64,000 nt of DNA from an uncultured Gemmatimonadales bacterium (GCA_963728915.1 CAVSLV010000002.1:224001-288000); one strand, 5' to 3'; counted from the first letter of the stretch, positions 10,346 through 23,054 are shown. Program-made: numbers and translations. The notes: generated by a model from the sequence alone, not told the origin.

Positions 10346-11098
10346 ATGGAGAACGTCGTTGTCATTACCGGGGCGAGCGGGGGTATCGGGGCGGCAACCG
10401 CGGAGCGCCTCGCTGCCCGCGGCATGTCGGTGGCGCTGGTGGCGCGGCGAAAGGCCGAGCTCGAAGTCGCGGCGGCCCGCGCCGGCGAGCGGGCCCTCGC
10501 CATCGTCGCCGACGCCACCCGGCGGGACGAGGTCCGCCGGGCCATCGAAGCCACCCTCGCCCGGTTCGGCCGGATCGATGTCTGGATCAACAACATCGGC
10601 CAGGGAATCACCCGGATGCCCTCGGAGCTGACCGACGAGGACGTGGACGAGATGATCCGGGTCAACCTGAAGTCCGCGCTCTACGGGATGCAGGAGGTCC
10701 TGCCGCATTTCCGGGAGCGGGGCGAAGGCCACCTCATCAACATCTCCTCGATGCTGGGGAGAGTCCCCTACGCCACCTATCGGGCGGCCTACTCGGCCGC
10801 CAAACATTGCCTCAACGCCTTGACCGCCAGCTTCCGCGACGAGGTCACCCGCGATCACCCCGGTATCCGGGTCTCCCTGGTTTCTCCGCCCGCGGTCCCG
10901 ACCGACTTCGGCCGGCACGCCCTCCATGGAGGACCCGACTCGCGGACCTTGCCGAATACCCAGAGTGTTGAAGACGTCGCCGAGGCGATCGCCTGGGTCA
11001 TCGAGACCGGGGCGCCCGACGTGTACACCAGGCCGGAAAGTCGCGACCGGGTGCTCTCTTATTATTCGTCCCATGGGGTGGATGCCGGATCGGTCTGA
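10346..11098 (+). CDS. Short-chain dehydrogenase/reductase (SDR)
   Basis: TGASGGIG, NNIG, YSAAK; start at ATG 10346. Confidence 0.92.
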   Translation: MENVVVITGASGGIGAATAERLAARGMSVALVARRKAELEVAAARAGERALAIVADATRRDEVRRAIEATLARFGRIDVWINNIGQGITRMPSELTDEDVDEMIRVNLKSALYGMQEVLPHFRERGEGHLINISSMLGRVPYATYRAAYSAAKHCLNALTASFRDEVTRDHPGIRVSLVSPPAVPTDFGRHALHGGPDSRTLPNTQSVEDVAEAIAWVIETGAPDVYTRPESRDRVLSYYSSHGVDAGSV

Positions 11099-11135
11099 TC
11101 CGCCGGGACCGGGAGGCCCGGTCCGGCAGACCGCG

Positions 11136-11513
11136 ATGGTCCTCCTCTTTGCCGCCGAGGCGAGTCTCCTCGGTTTCCTGAGCCTGATGCTGGCGTTGCT
11201 GCTCTTCGCCCTGCTCCGGCTCCAGCTCCTGAACGCGAACCTGCTGATCCTGGTGGCTGGAGGGTTCGGCCTCGGATCGCTCTGGTGGATGCTGCTCGCC
11301 TTCGGGCTGCCCGGTGGACCGCGCCGGTCGGGAATTCCCTGGATCGTGCGCGCCGGGTTAGGGGTCGGGGCCTTGCTCGCGGTCTATCTCGTTGCGCGGG
11401 TGGTTCTGGAGGGCCGGGCGGCGCTCGACCTCCAGGCGGCCCTTCTCTTCGGAGCCCCGATGGCCATCTGCGTCCACCTGCTCGCTCGTTCCAGAAGGAG
11501 GCCGGTCGAATGA
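11136..11513 (+). CDS. Hypothetical membrane protein (about 4 TM)
   Basis: Hydrophobic ORF whose stop overlaps the next ATG (ATGA). Confidence 0.5.
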   Translation: MVLLFAAEASLLGFLSLMLALLLFALLRLQLLNANLLILVAGGFGLGSLWWMLLAFGLPGGPRRSGIPWIVRAGLGVGALLAVYLVARVVLEGRAALDLQAALLFGAPMAICVHLLARSRRRPVE

Positions 11514-11953
11514 TGGTGCATCTCATCGGGATCGTGTCCGCCCTGCTGGGCGCTCTCTTCACCGGGGCGGCGCTCTATGTCACCGTGGTCGAGCACCCCG
11601 CCCGGCTCGAGGCGGGAACCGACGTCGCCGCGCGAGAATGGGGGCCAAGCTACGATCGCGCCAGGCCGATGCAGGCGACCCTGGCCATCCTGGCGGGCCT
11701 CACCGCCATCGCGACCTGGATTCACGGTGAAGAAATCACCTGGCTGGTGGCCGGGGGAATCATGTTCCTCATCGTCGCCTTCACCCTCATCGTGATCCGG
11801 CCGGTCAACCACCGGCTGCACGAGGCGGGGCGCGACCCCGGCTCGAGGGAAACCCGGGAGCTCCTCGAGCACTGGGGCCGCCTCCACAATCTTCGCACCG
11901 CGCTCGGCCTGGTGGCGACGATGGTGTACGGCTACGCGGTGCTGCAGCTCTAA
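11510..11953 (+). CDS. DUF1772/anthrone-oxygenase-like membrane protein
   Basis: GAALYVTVVEHPARL, PVNHRL, WGRLHNLRT; AGGAGG RBS. Confidence 0.8.
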   Translation: MMVHLIGIVSALLGALFTGAALYVTVVEHPARLEAGTDVAAREWGPSYDRARPMQATLAILAGLTAIATWIHGEEITWLVAGGIMFLIVAFTLIVIRPVNHRLHEAGRDPGSRETRELLEHWGRLHNLRTALGLVATMVYGYAVLQL

Positions 11954-12447
11954 CGTTCCGTCCTGGCGCTGATCTTTCCGGGCTGCCCGGCCCCGGGTGA
12001 GGTGCGAATCGGAATTTCGCGCGGCTTGGCTTTCTCGGTCTTGGGGATCCGCACCGTCAGCACTCCGTTATCGGTCGTCGCCTCGATCTTTTCCGGATCC
12101 ACCGTCGAGGGCAGGGTGAAGCTGCGCTCGAACGTGCCGTAGCTCCGCTCGTAGCGGTGCCAGCGCTCATCCTTCTTCTCCTCGACCTGCTGTTTCTCGC
12201 CCCGGACCGTCAGCACCTGGTTCTCCAGGTTGATCTTCACGTCCTCGGGGCGGACGCCCGGCAGATCGAGCGTGATCGTCACGTGCTCGGGATCCTCCCG
12301 GATATCGCAGGTCGGAGTCCAGGCCGAGCTGACCGATTCGCCGTCGAACCCGCCGAGGGCTTCGTCCATCAGCCGGTTGAGCCGGGACAATCCACTGAAG
12401 ACGTCCGACGACGGCTCGTTGCGTCGCCATCTGGTGAGATAAGGCAT
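11950..12447 (-). CDS. Small heat-shock protein (Hsp20/alpha-crystallin)
   Basis: DLPGV, ERSYGTFERSFTLP, NGVLTVRIPK; GGAGG RBS before ATG 12447. Confidence 0.95.
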   Translation of the reverse strand: MPYLTRWRRNEPSSDVFSGLSRLNRLMDEALGGFDGESVSSAWTPTCDIREDPEHVTITLDLPGVRPEDVKINLENQVLTVRGEKQQVEEKKDERWHRYERSYGTFERSFTLPSTVDPEKIEATTDNGVLTVRIPKTEKAKPREIPIRTSPGAGQPGKISARTER

Positions 12448-12554
12448 GGTTTCCTCCATGGCAGGGGTACACCGGAGAGCGGGGGGCATGGGCCCGCTCC
12501 CGGGGGGGAGGACGACCATCTCCCCACCCCTCCGCACATCGGAACAGAGGATCG

Positions 12555-13049
12555 TTATCCGCCCAGTGGTTCTCGCTGATACTGGAGCCGGAGACCGGGA
12601 TGCCGCCTGTAGAGGTAGATGCCCATCCCCGCGAGCGAGAGCGAATTCGCGCAGAGCACCGACCACCAGGGGAACAGGCTGCTGGTCATCTGGAGGACCG
12701 CATACATCATGAAGATGAAGAAGAATTCGAAGCACACCGCGATGACCAGCAGACCGAATCTCGCCAGCGGAGAAGACATCGCGAGATGGACCATCTGGGT
12801 CAGGACGATGCCGAACAGCACGAACGCTCCCACGTGCAGGCAGGTGTAGGCCACCACCGGTCCGGTTTCGGCCGGGGAGACCGACGGCGTCGAGAGATGA
12901 TAGAGAAAGACCTGACCGAGAACGCTCGGGGTGGAGAGCGGCCTGCCTTGAAGCAGGTCGGTGATGAGAAACCACACTGCGACGATCCCTGCCCCAATCA
13001 GTCCTGTGGTCGCACCTTCCCGCAGGAGCGAATGCTGATGCTTGACCAT
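12555..13049 (-). CDS. Hypothetical 4-TM membrane protein
   Basis: 164 aa hydrophobic ORF with GAGGT RBS. Confidence 0.7.
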   Translation of the reverse strand: MVKHQHSLLREGATTGLIGAGIVAVWFLITDLLQGRPLSTPSVLGQVFLYHLSTPSVSPAETGPVVAYTCLHVGAFVLFGIVLTQMVHLAMSSPLARFGLLVIAVCFEFFFIFMMYAVLQMTSSLFPWWSVLCANSLSLAGMGIYLYRRHPGLRLQYQREPLGG

Positions 13050-13061
13050 ATAGACACCTCG

Positions 13062-14522
13062 TCAGTCAGGCGTTCGTGCCTCCCTGCCGTCCGGCTCCGC
13101 TCGATTCTGCTCCACCGGCAGTCCGGCCTGCTCCCAGGCCGACATGCCCCCGGTGACGTTTGCGACGGCTTTCCGGCCACGCGCCAGGAGCAGGCTCGCC
13201 GCGATGGCCGAGCGGCTCCCGCCCTGACAGTGCACCGCGATCGGCTGATCTCGAGGCAGCTCGTCGGCGCGCTCGGGCAGCTCGGCGAGCGGGATGAGCG
13301 TCGCGCCGGGCAGGTGTCCGGCGTCCCACTCGCTCCGGCCCCGGACGTCGAGGACGACGAGTCCGTTCCGGCGTCGGGACAGATCGAGCGCGGAGAGCTG
13401 CTCGATCTGTCCCAGCCGGCCACCTTCCCGGGCCCAGAGCTCGACCGCAAGGTCGGCAAACCAGCCCCGGACCCGGTCGAAGCCGATCATGGCGAGGCTC
13501 TGCACGATCCGGGAAAGCCGGGATCCCTCGTCGTCGCCGCCCAGGAGATAGAGGTCCTGGTCGTAGGGGACCAGGGAACCGGCCCAGGTGACGAAGCCGC
13601 TGGTGAACGGAATGCCGAGGGTGCCGGGCACATACCCCGCGGCATGGTCGATCGAAGGCCGGGTATCGATCACCACCGCCCCGGATGCCAGCACTTCCCG
13701 CAGGCGGTGCTCGGCGACGCGCTCGGGGAGGAGCAGCGCCCCTAACACGGGAGGTCCTTCCCGGTTCATCCGCTTCATCCGGGCGAAATAGCGGGGCGGC
13801 TCCGGCTGGCCGGCCAGGACCTGGCCCACGAAGGCGTCCTCGCTCCCGGCCTGGAAGGCCCAGTTGAACCGGCGCTCGTATCCCACCGTCGACTGGGGCA
13901 CCGGGCTCATGCCCTTGCCGCAGGCGCTTCCCGCACCATGGCCGGGCCAGATCTGGAGGTGATCCGGCAGGGTCAGGAACCACTGGAGGCTCCGGTAGAG
14001 CTGGCGGGCGCCGCTGTCGGCGGTGCCTTGCAGGTGGGCCGCCTTTTCCAGCAGATCGGGGCGCCCGACGTCGTTGACGAAGACGAAGTCCCCGGTCACG
14101 ATCCCGATCGGCTCGTGTCCCACGGCGTGGTCGGTAACCAGGAAGGAGACGTGTTCAGGGGTGTGCCCCGGGGTGTGGATCGCCTGGATCGCGACGTTGC
14201 CGATCCGGATCTCGTCGCGATCCTTGAGCGGCCGCACGCCGCGCTCCTGGCGAAAGGCGTACTGCCATTCCGGGGGCCCGCAATCGGAAACCAGCACCTC
14301 CGCTCCGGTACGCGCGGCGAGCTCCCGGCTTCCCGAGACGAAGTCGGCGTGAATGTGGGTCTCGGTGACGAAGTCGATCCGGAGGGCGCGCGATTCCGCG
14401 GCGGCGATGTACTGATCGACCATGCGATTGGGATCGATCACCACCGCGCTCCCGCTCGCGCTGCACCCGATCAGATAGCTCGCCTGGGCGAGCCCATCGT
14501 CGTAGAACCGGAGGAAGATCAC
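13062..14522 (-). CDS. MBL-fold persulfide-dioxygenase-like protein fused to rhodanese domains (CstB/Blh-like)
   Basis: ETHIHADFVSG, HTPGHTPEH, GRPDL, PGHGAGSACG; C-terminal rhodanese HCQGGSRS; start at GTG 14522. Confidence 0.9.
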   Translation of the reverse strand: MIFLRFYDDGLAQASYLIGCSASGSAVVIDPNRMVDQYIAAAESRALRIDFVTETHIHADFVSGSRELAARTGAEVLVSDCGPPEWQYAFRQERGVRPLKDRDEIRIGNVAIQAIHTPGHTPEHVSFLVTDHAVGHEPIGIVTGDFVFVNDVGRPDLLEKAAHLQGTADSGARQLYRSLQWFLTLPDHLQIWPGHGAGSACGKGMSPVPQSTVGYERRFNWAFQAGSEDAFVGQVLAGQPEPPRYFARMKRMNREGPPVLGALLLPERVAEHRLREVLASGAVVIDTRPSIDHAAGYVPGTLGIPFTSGFVTWAGSLVPYDQDLYLLGGDDEGSRLSRIVQSLAMIGFDRVRGWFADLAVELWAREGGRLGQIEQLSALDLSRRRNGLVVLDVRGRSEWDAGHLPGATLIPLAELPERADELPRDQPIAVHCQGGSRSAIAASLLLARGRKAVANVTGGMSAWEQAGLPVEQNRAEPDGREARTPD

Positions 14523-14568
14523 GGTGACGGGGAGAGCCGGGAGACAGGACCATTCCGGATCGATCTTC

Positions 14569-15348
14569 TCATCGGCGCACCAGCAGCACGACCAGCCCCA
14601 GGATAAGGAGGAACCCGGCAAACCCGCGGCGGAGGCTGCGCTGGGACACGTGGGGAACCAGCCGGCTCCCGACCACCACCCCGGCCAGGGCCACCGCCGT
14701 GAACACCGCGATGACGCCCCACTCGAGCCGCATCGCTTCCGGACTGCCAAGATACCGCGCCATCCCGGCGGCACAACTCAGCACGATCAGGGCGAGCGAG
14801 GTGCCGATCGCCTCCCGCACCGGAAGACCCGCGAGCACGGTGAGGACCGGCACGTAGAGGAACCCGCCCCCCACGCCCACGAACCCGGTGAGCAGTCCCA
14901 CGCCGGCGCCGATCAGGGTCACCCCGGCGATGTGCCGCTGGGGCGATCGCGCCTCCGGAGCCGGTTGGTCGGGGTGGAGGGTCATGTGCCGCGCCCGGGT
15001 CCCCCGGTACATGGTCAGCGCCGCGCCGAGCATGACGACGGCGAACACGGTGAGCCGGAGGTCATCCCGGACCCGCGGGCCCAGATCGGCCCCCAGCACC
15101 GCCCCCACGATCGCGGGGAGACCGAAGGCAAAGGCGGTCCTAACCCGCACGAATCCCTGCTTCCAGTGCCGCACCACGCCGACCGCGCTGGTGATCCCCA
15201 CCACCACGAGGCTCATAGGCACCGCGTCCCGCATGGTGTAGCCCATGACGTTGTGGAGCACCGGGATGGTGAGGATGGAGCCGCCTCCCCCCAGGACGCC
15301 CAGAGACAGGCCGATCAGGACCGCCAGGACATAGCCGATGACGGTCAC
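14569..15348 (-). CDS. TauE/SafE (TSUP) sulfur-compound transporter
   Basis: GVLGGGGSIL and GFVGVGGGF repeats; about 8 TM. Confidence 0.9.
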   Translation of the reverse strand: MTVIGYVLAVLIGLSLGVLGGGGSILTIPVLHNVMGYTMRDAVPMSLVVVGITSAVGVVRHWKQGFVRVRTAFAFGLPAIVGAVLGADLGPRVRDDLRLTVFAVVMLGAALTMYRGTRARHMTLHPDQPAPEARSPQRHIAGVTLIGAGVGLLTGFVGVGGGFLYVPVLTVLAGLPVREAIGTSLALIVLSCAAGMARYLGSPEAMRLEWGVIAVFTAVALAGVVVGSRLVPHVSQRSLRRGFAGFLLILGLVVLLVRR

Positions 15349-15349
15349 C

Positions 15350-17116
<1,767 letters not shown>

Positions 17117-17149
17117 CCCGGGGAATGTAACGCCGCCATATATTCGGGC

Positions 17150-17986
17150 GTGACTCTGCTCGTCCTGACCGTGATCCTCGGGCTCGGTGCGCTGCTCGCC
17201 GGGTTTCTGGGTTCGCTCACCGGGCTGGGCGGTGGCATCGTCATCGTTCCGCTCCTGACCCTGGCGTTCGGCGTCGACATCCGCTACGCGGTCGGCACGT
17301 CTCTCGTCGCGGTCATCGCCACTTCCTCCGGCGCGGCGGCGGCCTACGTCAAGGAAGGGTTCACCAACCTCCGCGTGGGGATGCTGCTCGAGGTCGGCAC
17401 GGTGACCGGGGCGCTGGTCGGGGCCTACCTGGCCCAGATCGTTTCCGGGAATCTCATCGCCATCCTGTTCGCCGTCACCGTGCTGTTCACCGCGGTGCAG
17501 GCCTTCCGCGCGCCTTCGGAAGAGCGGGCGATCGTTTCGACCCCGCTGGCCCGGAAGCTCCGGCTGAGCTCCACCTATCCGACTCCCCATGGGCTCGAAC
17601 GGTACGAGGTCCGAGCGGTGCGTGGCGGGGTGGCGCTCATGCTCCTGGCCGGCTGTCTCTCCGCCCTCCTCGGCATCGGCGCCGGCATCATGAAAGTGCT
17701 GGCGATGGATCGTGCCATGGGACTTCCATTCAAGGTCTCCACCACGACCAGCAATTTCATGATCGGAGTGACCGCGGCCGCGAGCGCGGGGATCTATCTC
17801 CAGCGCGGGTACATCGAGCCGGGACTCATCTTCCCGGTCGTGGTCGGGGTGCTTGCGGGGGCCTGGCTGGGATCGCTGGTGTTTCGCGGGGCGCCGACCA
17901 AGGTATTGCGATGGGTCTTCCTGGTGGTCGTCGTCTCCCTGGCGCTTCAGATGCTGTATCGCGGAGTCACCGGAGGATTCCAGTGA
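17150..17986 (+). CDS. TauE/SafE (TSUP) family transporter
   Basis: [32 protein letters not shown]; start at GTG 17150. Confidence 0.9.
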   Translation: MTLLVLTVILGLGALLAGFLGSLTGLGGGIVIVPLLTLAFGVDIRYAVGTSLVAVIATSSGAAAAYVKEGFTNLRVGMLLEVGTVTGALVGAYLAQIVSGNLIAILFAVTVLFTAVQAFRAPSEERAIVSTPLARKLRLSSTYPTPHGLERYEVRAVRGGVALMLLAGCLSALLGIGAGIMKVLAMDRAMGLPFKVSTTTSNFMIGVTAAASAGIYLQRGYIEPGLIFPVVVGVLAGAWLGSLVFRGAPTKVLRWVFLVVVVSLALQMLYRGVTGGFQ

Positions 17987-18384
17987 CCGAGCCCCACGCG
18001 GATCAACCGATCCTGACCGGCCGGGCCATGGCCCTGCTGGTGGCGACGGTGCTGCGCGGCGGGGTCCTCATTGCCGCCGGGGTCACACTCGCCGGAGGAA
18101 TCCCCTACCTGGTCCTGCACGGGAAAGAGGTCCCCGACTATCACACGTTCCACGGGGCGAACGCGCCGCTTCGGAGCGTCGGCGCGATTCTCCACGGCGT
18201 GACGGCCCTCGATCTCCGGGCGATCATCGCGTTCGGCGCGATTCTGCTCATTGCCACCCCGATCGCGCGGGTGCTGATCACCTTCATCGGGTTCGCTCTG
18301 CGGCGGGACTGGACCTACGTGGTGATCACCACCATCGTCCTGGCGATTCTCTTCTACAGCTTGCTGGCCGGCGCCGCCCTGTGA
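17983..18384 (+). CDS. DUF1634-like membrane protein (usual TSUP partner)
   Basis: [10 protein letters not shown] motif; GTGA overlap with the TSUP gene. Confidence 0.8.
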   Translation: MTEPHADQPILTGRAMALLVATVLRGGVLIAAGVTLAGGIPYLVLHGKEVPDYHTFHGANAPLRSVGAILHGVTALDLRAIIAFGAILLIATPIARVLITFIGFALRRDWTYVVITTIVLAILFYSLLAGAAL

Positions 18385-18854
18385 TCCGCGCGACGGACCT
18401 GCTCCGTCGCTGGGAATCCTGCCGGCGGTGGCCCGGCGGAGCCTGGCTCTTCAGCCGGCTGGTCGGAGCCCTGGTCCCCTATTCCGGTTCGATCCATGCC
18501 AGGGTGGTCGAGCTCCGGCCGGGTTATGCCCGATTGACTCTCCGGGAACGGCGGGCGGTGCGTCAGCATCTCGGCTCGGTGCACGCCGTGGCCCTCGTCA
18601 ACCTGGGCGAGCTCACCAGCGGGCTCGCGATGACCGCCGCGCTTCCCGACGGGGCGCGCGGCATCGTGCTCAGTCTGTCGGCGGAATTCCTCAGAAAGGC
18701 GCGCGGGACCCTCACGGCGGAATCACGCGTGATCGTGCCGGAGATTCGAGCGCCGACCACGCTCCCCGTGAGCGCCGAGATCAGGGACCAGGGCGAGGAG
18801 ACGGTCTGCCGGGTGACCGCGGCGTGGAAGCTCGATCTGAAGGCGGGCCGATGA
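18381..18854 (+). CDS. Hot-dog-fold thioesterase-like protein (DUF4442/PaaI-like)
   Basis: [30 protein letters not shown] overlap. Confidence 0.8.
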   Translation: MIRATDLLRRWESCRRWPGGAWLFSRLVGALVPYSGSIHARVVELRPGYARLTLRERRAVRQHLGSVHAVALVNLGELTSGLAMTAALPDGARGIVLSLSAEFLRKARGTLTAESRVIVPEIRAPTTLPVSAEIRDQGEETVCRVTAAWKLDLKAGR

Positions 18855-19828
18855 GCCCGGACCCCCGGCTCCTCGGGGACGCCCGGATCGAGGTCCCCCT
18901 CATCTGCGGCGCCATGTATCCATGCAGCAATCCCGAGCTGGTCGCCGCGGTGTCCGACGCCGGAGGAATCGGGATCATCCAGCCGGTCTCGCTGACCTAT
19001 GTATATGGACACGACTTCCGCGAAGGCCTTCGGCTGATCCGCCGTCTCACCGCCAAACCGGTCGGGATGAATGCCCTGATCGAGCGTTCCTCGCGCCGCT
19101 ACCACGAGAAGATGGTTCACTGGGTGGACATCGCCCTGGAAGAAGGCATCCGGTTCTTCATCACCTCGCTCGGCAATCCGCGGTGGGTGTGCGAGCGGGT
19201 TCATCGCGAGGGGGGACGGGTGTATCACGACGTCACCGAGCGGAAATGGGCCCTCAAGGGAAAAGACGCCGGGGTCGACGGGCTGATCGGGGTGAATCGC
19301 CGGGCTGGAGGCCACCCCGGTCCCCGAACCCTGGAGGCTCTGCTCGAGGAAGTCGGCGACCTCGGCCTGCCGGTGGTCGCGGCGGGCGGGATCGGCGACG
19401 CGGACGGATTCGCCGCGGCGATCCGGATGGGCTACGCCGGCATCCAGATGGGGACCCGGTTCATCGCCACCACGGAATGCGGGGCGAGCGCCGCCTACAA
19501 ACAGGCGATCCTCGACGCGGGAGAAGACGATATCGTCCTGAGCGAGCGGATCACCGGCGTGCCGGTCGCGGTGATCAATACTCCCCAGGTGCGACGCACC
19601 GGACTCAAGGCGGGCGCGATCGCCCGGTGGATGCTCCGAGGGGGCCGGACCAAACCCTGGATTCGCACCTGGTATGCGCTCAAATCCTTCTGGCAGCTCA
19701 AGCGGGCGTCACTGGATCCTTCCGGCACCAACGAGTACTGGCAGGCCGGAAAGAGCGTCGCGGTGATCGATCGGATCGAGCCCGCGGGCGAGATCGTGAA
19801 GCGGTGCCGGGCGGCGTTGACCGCCTGA
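18851..19828 (+). CDS. Nitronate monooxygenase / FabK-like flavin oxidoreductase
   Basis: [32 protein letters not shown]. Confidence 0.88.
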   Translation: MSPDPRLLGDARIEVPLICGAMYPCSNPELVAAVSDAGGIGIIQPVSLTYVYGHDFREGLRLIRRLTAKPVGMNALIERSSRRYHEKMVHWVDIALEEGIRFFITSLGNPRWVCERVHREGGRVYHDVTERKWALKGKDAGVDGLIGVNRRAGGHPGPRTLEALLEEVGDLGLPVVAAGGIGDADGFAAAIRMGYAGIQMGTRFIATTECGASAAYKQAILDAGEDDIVLSERITGVPVAVINTPQVRRTGLKAGAIARWMLRGGRTKPWIRTWYALKSFWQLKRASLDPSGTNEYWQAGKSVAVIDRIEPAGEIVKRCRAALTA

Positions 19829-19895
19829 GGCGGATTACCTGCGCCTATATTTCTGCATGTCCGCGCTGCACCTCCCGGCCCTGTCTCTTCCCTGA

Positions 19896-22235
19896 GTGAT
19901 TTCCCTGGTATTGCTCGCGGCCTGGGCCAGTGCCTCCCCGGGCCAGCGCTCCGATTCGGTGATCGTCATCACCCGAAGTGAGCTGCGCGCCACCGGGCGA
20001 ACCCGGCTCGCCGAAGCGCTCCAGGTCCTGGTCCCCTCCCTCAACTTTCCCCGCCCCAGTGGCGCGGAGTGGGCCGATCAGGTCCGGCCGGCCACCCTCC
20101 GCGGGATGGGGAGCGACCAGGTCCTGGTTCTCCTCGACGGCCTTCCCCTTCATTCCAGCGCGCTGGTGGATCGGAATCCCACGGTGGGCCGGGGCGATGT
20201 GTCGGTGGACCTCGATGCCCTCCCCCTCACCGCGATCGAGCGTGTCGAGATAACCCGCGGGGCATCGGGCGTACTCGACCGGTCCGGCGCGCCGGCGGGG
20301 GTGATCAACGTGATCCTCGGCGAGAACCTTCCCAACGAAGTCGCGGGCAATCTCGGGCTGGTCACCGCGGGTGGGGTGGATACCCGGACCGGAGCGACCT
20401 GGCGGCGGGCCTGGAACGGCGGGGCCCTGGTGCAGGTTGCCGGTGAGTACCGGGTCCGTGGATCCACCGATCGGGCCGAGCCGGACCGCCGCCAGCAGTT
20501 CTTCGATGGCGATCCCCGCAACGACGATCCCCGCTATGCCGGTCAGATCCACGATCGGCTGGGCGATCCCCAGACCCGGGACGCCTCCGGGTGGATCCAG
20601 GCCCGCCTGCCCCTCCGGTCGGCCGAATTCCACGCCGTGGCGGGCGTCAATCGTCGGCTGGGGGAATCGGCCGCCCTGTGGAGGCTCCCCAGCGACGACG
20701 CCACGGTGCGCTCGCTCTATCCCGCCGGTTTTCTCCCCCTCCTCGATGCCCGGATCCTCGACGCCACGGTGCAGCTCGGGGCCCGGGGCGCCGCCCGGGG
20801 CTGGAACTGGACGGCCGACGCGGGTTATGGCAGCAACCGGATGGCCCTCTCGGTCGAGAACACCGTGAACGCTTCGCTCGGTCCGCTGAGCGGCTCCCGG
20901 TTCGACGCCGGGATCCTGGGATCGGTGCAGCTGATCGGGAGGGTCTCCGCGGCGCGGCGCGTCCCCCTGGGCTCGCGTCGCCTCGACCTCCGGCTCGGGC
21001 TCGATGTAGAAAGCGAAGACTACCGGATCAGCCCCGGCGAGCGGGACAGCTATCGCTACGGCGGCGTGCCGATCCAGGACGGCCCCCACGCCGGCAGTAT
21101 TGCCCCGGTCGGCGCCCAGGGATTCCCCGGATTCATGCCGCAGGACAGCGGCCATTTCCGGCAGGAGCACTATGCGGGTTACGCGGCGATCGCAGTTGAG
21201 CCCGTGTCGCATCTCGTGTTCTCGGGCTCGGGGCGACTCCAGTGGGTGCGTGGCTCCGGGTACGGACTCCTGGGAGCGGGCGACCTGACCGGCCGCTGGA
21301 CCCCCCTCTCCGGGGTGGGGGTTCGGGGTTCGCTCCAAAGCGGCTTCCGGGTGCCTTCCGGGGCCGAACGGAGCTTCTCCCGGAGCCTGATACCGGTCTC
21401 CAACGATGTGGGCCTCTACGACCTGCTGGTGCCACCGACCCATCCGGTGGCCCAGTCCCTCGGCGCGCTACCCCTGGTCCCGGAACGTTCGGTCCAGTGG
21501 ACCACGGGGCTTGATCTTTCCAGCCGAGGGGTGACTTTCTCTGCGGGCTATTTCGAGACCCGGGTGCGGAACCAGGTCGTTCTGACCGAGAAATTCAATG
21601 CATCGGCGGTCCGCTTCTTTCTGGAAAGCCAGGGGTATGGCGGCATCGGGTCGGTCCAGTTCTTTGCAAACGCCGGGACGGTCCGGACCCGCGGAGTGGA
21701 GCTTCAAGCGGGTTATGGAGCGTCCTGGGCCGGGCTGGGCCTCCGGGTGGAAGCCGGATTCGAGCACCACCAGGTGGAGATAACCCGGGTGGATTCCATC
21801 GGGGGGTTCGCCGGGAGGTACCAGTCGGTCTTTTTCGGACCGGCGGAACAGGCCCGGATCACCGCGGGTCAGCCGGGCGATAATCTCACCGCTTCGGCCC
21901 GGCTCTCCCGTGGCCCCTGGTCCGCCGATGTTCGGGGCAGGCTCTACGGCTCGGTGCTGGCATACGGCCCCAGCCCGGACGGCACCCTGAGCAAGCGCCT
22001 GGGCGCCAAATGGCTGGGCGACATCGAGGTGGATCGGGAGATGCGGCACGGACTCACTATCAGCGCCGGGGTGCAGAATGTGCTGGGCACCCTCCCCGAT
22101 CGGCTGACCATCGGGGCGCCGGACTACGCCGGCAATTCCTATTACGGAATTCTCCCCTATTCGAACTTCTCTCCGTTCGGATGGAATGGACGGTTCCTCT
22201 ACGCGCGGGTCGAATGGCGATACGCGGAGCGATAA
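19896..22235 (+). CDS. TonB-dependent outer-membrane receptor
   Basis: Plug motif LRGMGSDQVLVLLDG...IERVEITRG; C-terminal PFGWNGRFLYARVEWRY beta-strand. Confidence 0.88.
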   Translation: MISLVLLAAWASASPGQRSDSVIVITRSELRATGRTRLAEALQVLVPSLNFPRPSGAEWADQVRPATLRGMGSDQVLVLLDGLPLHSSALVDRNPTVGRGDVSVDLDALPLTAIERVEITRGASGVLDRSGAPAGVINVILGENLPNEVAGNLGLVTAGGVDTRTGATWRRAWNGGALVQVAGEYRVRGSTDRAEPDRRQQFFDGDPRNDDPRYAGQIHDRLGDPQTRDASGWIQARLPLRSAEFHAVAGVNRRLGESAALWRLPSDDATVRSLYPAGFLPLLDARILDATVQLGARGAARGWNWTADAGYGSNRMALSVENTVNASLGPLSGSRFDAGILGSVQLIGRVSAARRVPLGSRRLDLRLGLDVESEDYRISPGERDSYRYGGVPIQDGPHAGSIAPVGAQGFPGFMPQDSGHFRQEHYAGYAAIAVEPVSHLVFSGSGRLQWVRGSGYGLLGAGDLTGRWTPLSGVGVRGSLQSGFRVPSGAERSFSRSLIPVSNDVGLYDLLVPPTHPVAQSLGALPLVPERSVQWTTGLDLSSRGVTFSAGYFETRVRNQVVLTEKFNASAVRFFLESQGYGGIGSVQFFANAGTVRTRGVELQAGYGASWAGLGLRVEAGFEHHQVEITRVDSIGGFAGRYQSVFFGPAEQARITAGQPGDNLTASARLSRGPWSADVRGRLYGSVLAYGPSPDGTLSKRLGAKWLGDIEVDREMRHGLTISAGVQNVLGTLPDRLTIGAPDYAGNSYYGILPYSNFSPFGWNGRFLYARVEWRYAER

Positions 22236-23026
22236 TGGCCCCTGAATGGAAGCCGTACCGGTTGCCGGGCACCGGGGACGCGAGCTCGATCTCCCTGGTG
22301 ACCGCCTCGGTGGGACCACGCCGGGAACCCCGCGACCTTCTGGTCGCGCTGCCACCCAAGTACGCCCAGCGGACCGATCGCTACCCGGTGGTATATCTCC
22401 ACGACGGCCAGAATCTCTTCGATCCCGAGACCAGTCACGCGGGCGACTGGGGGCTCGCCGCGCGGCTCAGCCGGCTGGCCCGGAAGGGGACCGAGGCGAT
22501 CGTGGTCGGCATCCCCCATCGGGGACGATTCCGGAAGTACGACTACAACCCGTTCCGCGACATCGCCCACGGCGGCGGCGGGGGTGATCGGTACCTCGAG
22601 TTCGTCATCGAGCAGGTCAAGCCGCTCATCGACAAGTCCTTCCGGGTGAAGGCCCAGCCCGCTCACACCGTCATGGGTGGGTCGTCCCTGGGCGGCCTCA
22701 TCAGCTTCTACGCGCTCTATCGGCATCCCGACGTCTTCGGCGCGGCCAGCGTGCAGAGTCCCGCGCTCTGGGTCGCCAACCGCGCGATCTTCCGGTTTCT
22801 CGGGCAGCAGCGAAAACCCCCGAAGGGCCGGGTCTATCTCGACATCGGCACCGCGGAAGGGAGCGAGGCGCTCACCGACGTCCGGGCCCTCCGCGACTGG
22901 CTCCAGAAAGCGGGGACGACCGAGAAGGCCCTGTTCTACGTCGAGGAATCCGGCGGAGAGCATGCCGAGGCAGCCTGGGGCGCTCGCCTGGAAAAGGCGC
23001 TGCCCTGGCTGATAGGCAAGAGGTGA
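22235..23026 (+). CDS. Alpha/beta-hydrolase, putative esterase (Fes/IroE-like)
   Basis: YPVVYLHDGQNLFD, GSSLGG, GEHAEAAW; TAATG overlap with the receptor stop. Confidence 0.88.
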   Translation: MAPEWKPYRLPGTGDASSISLVTASVGPRREPRDLLVALPPKYAQRTDRYPVVYLHDGQNLFDPETSHAGDWGLAARLSRLARKGTEAIVVGIPHRGRFRKYDYNPFRDIAHGGGGGDRYLEFVIEQVKPLIDKSFRVKAQPAHTVMGGSSLGGLISFYALYRHPDVFGAASVQSPALWVANRAIFRFLGQQRKPPKGRVYLDIGTAEGSEALTDVRALRDWLQKAGTTEKALFYVEESGGEHAEAAWGARLEKALPWLIGKR

Positions 23027-23054
23027 GAGGGTCCTCACCCCTCACCCCTACACC

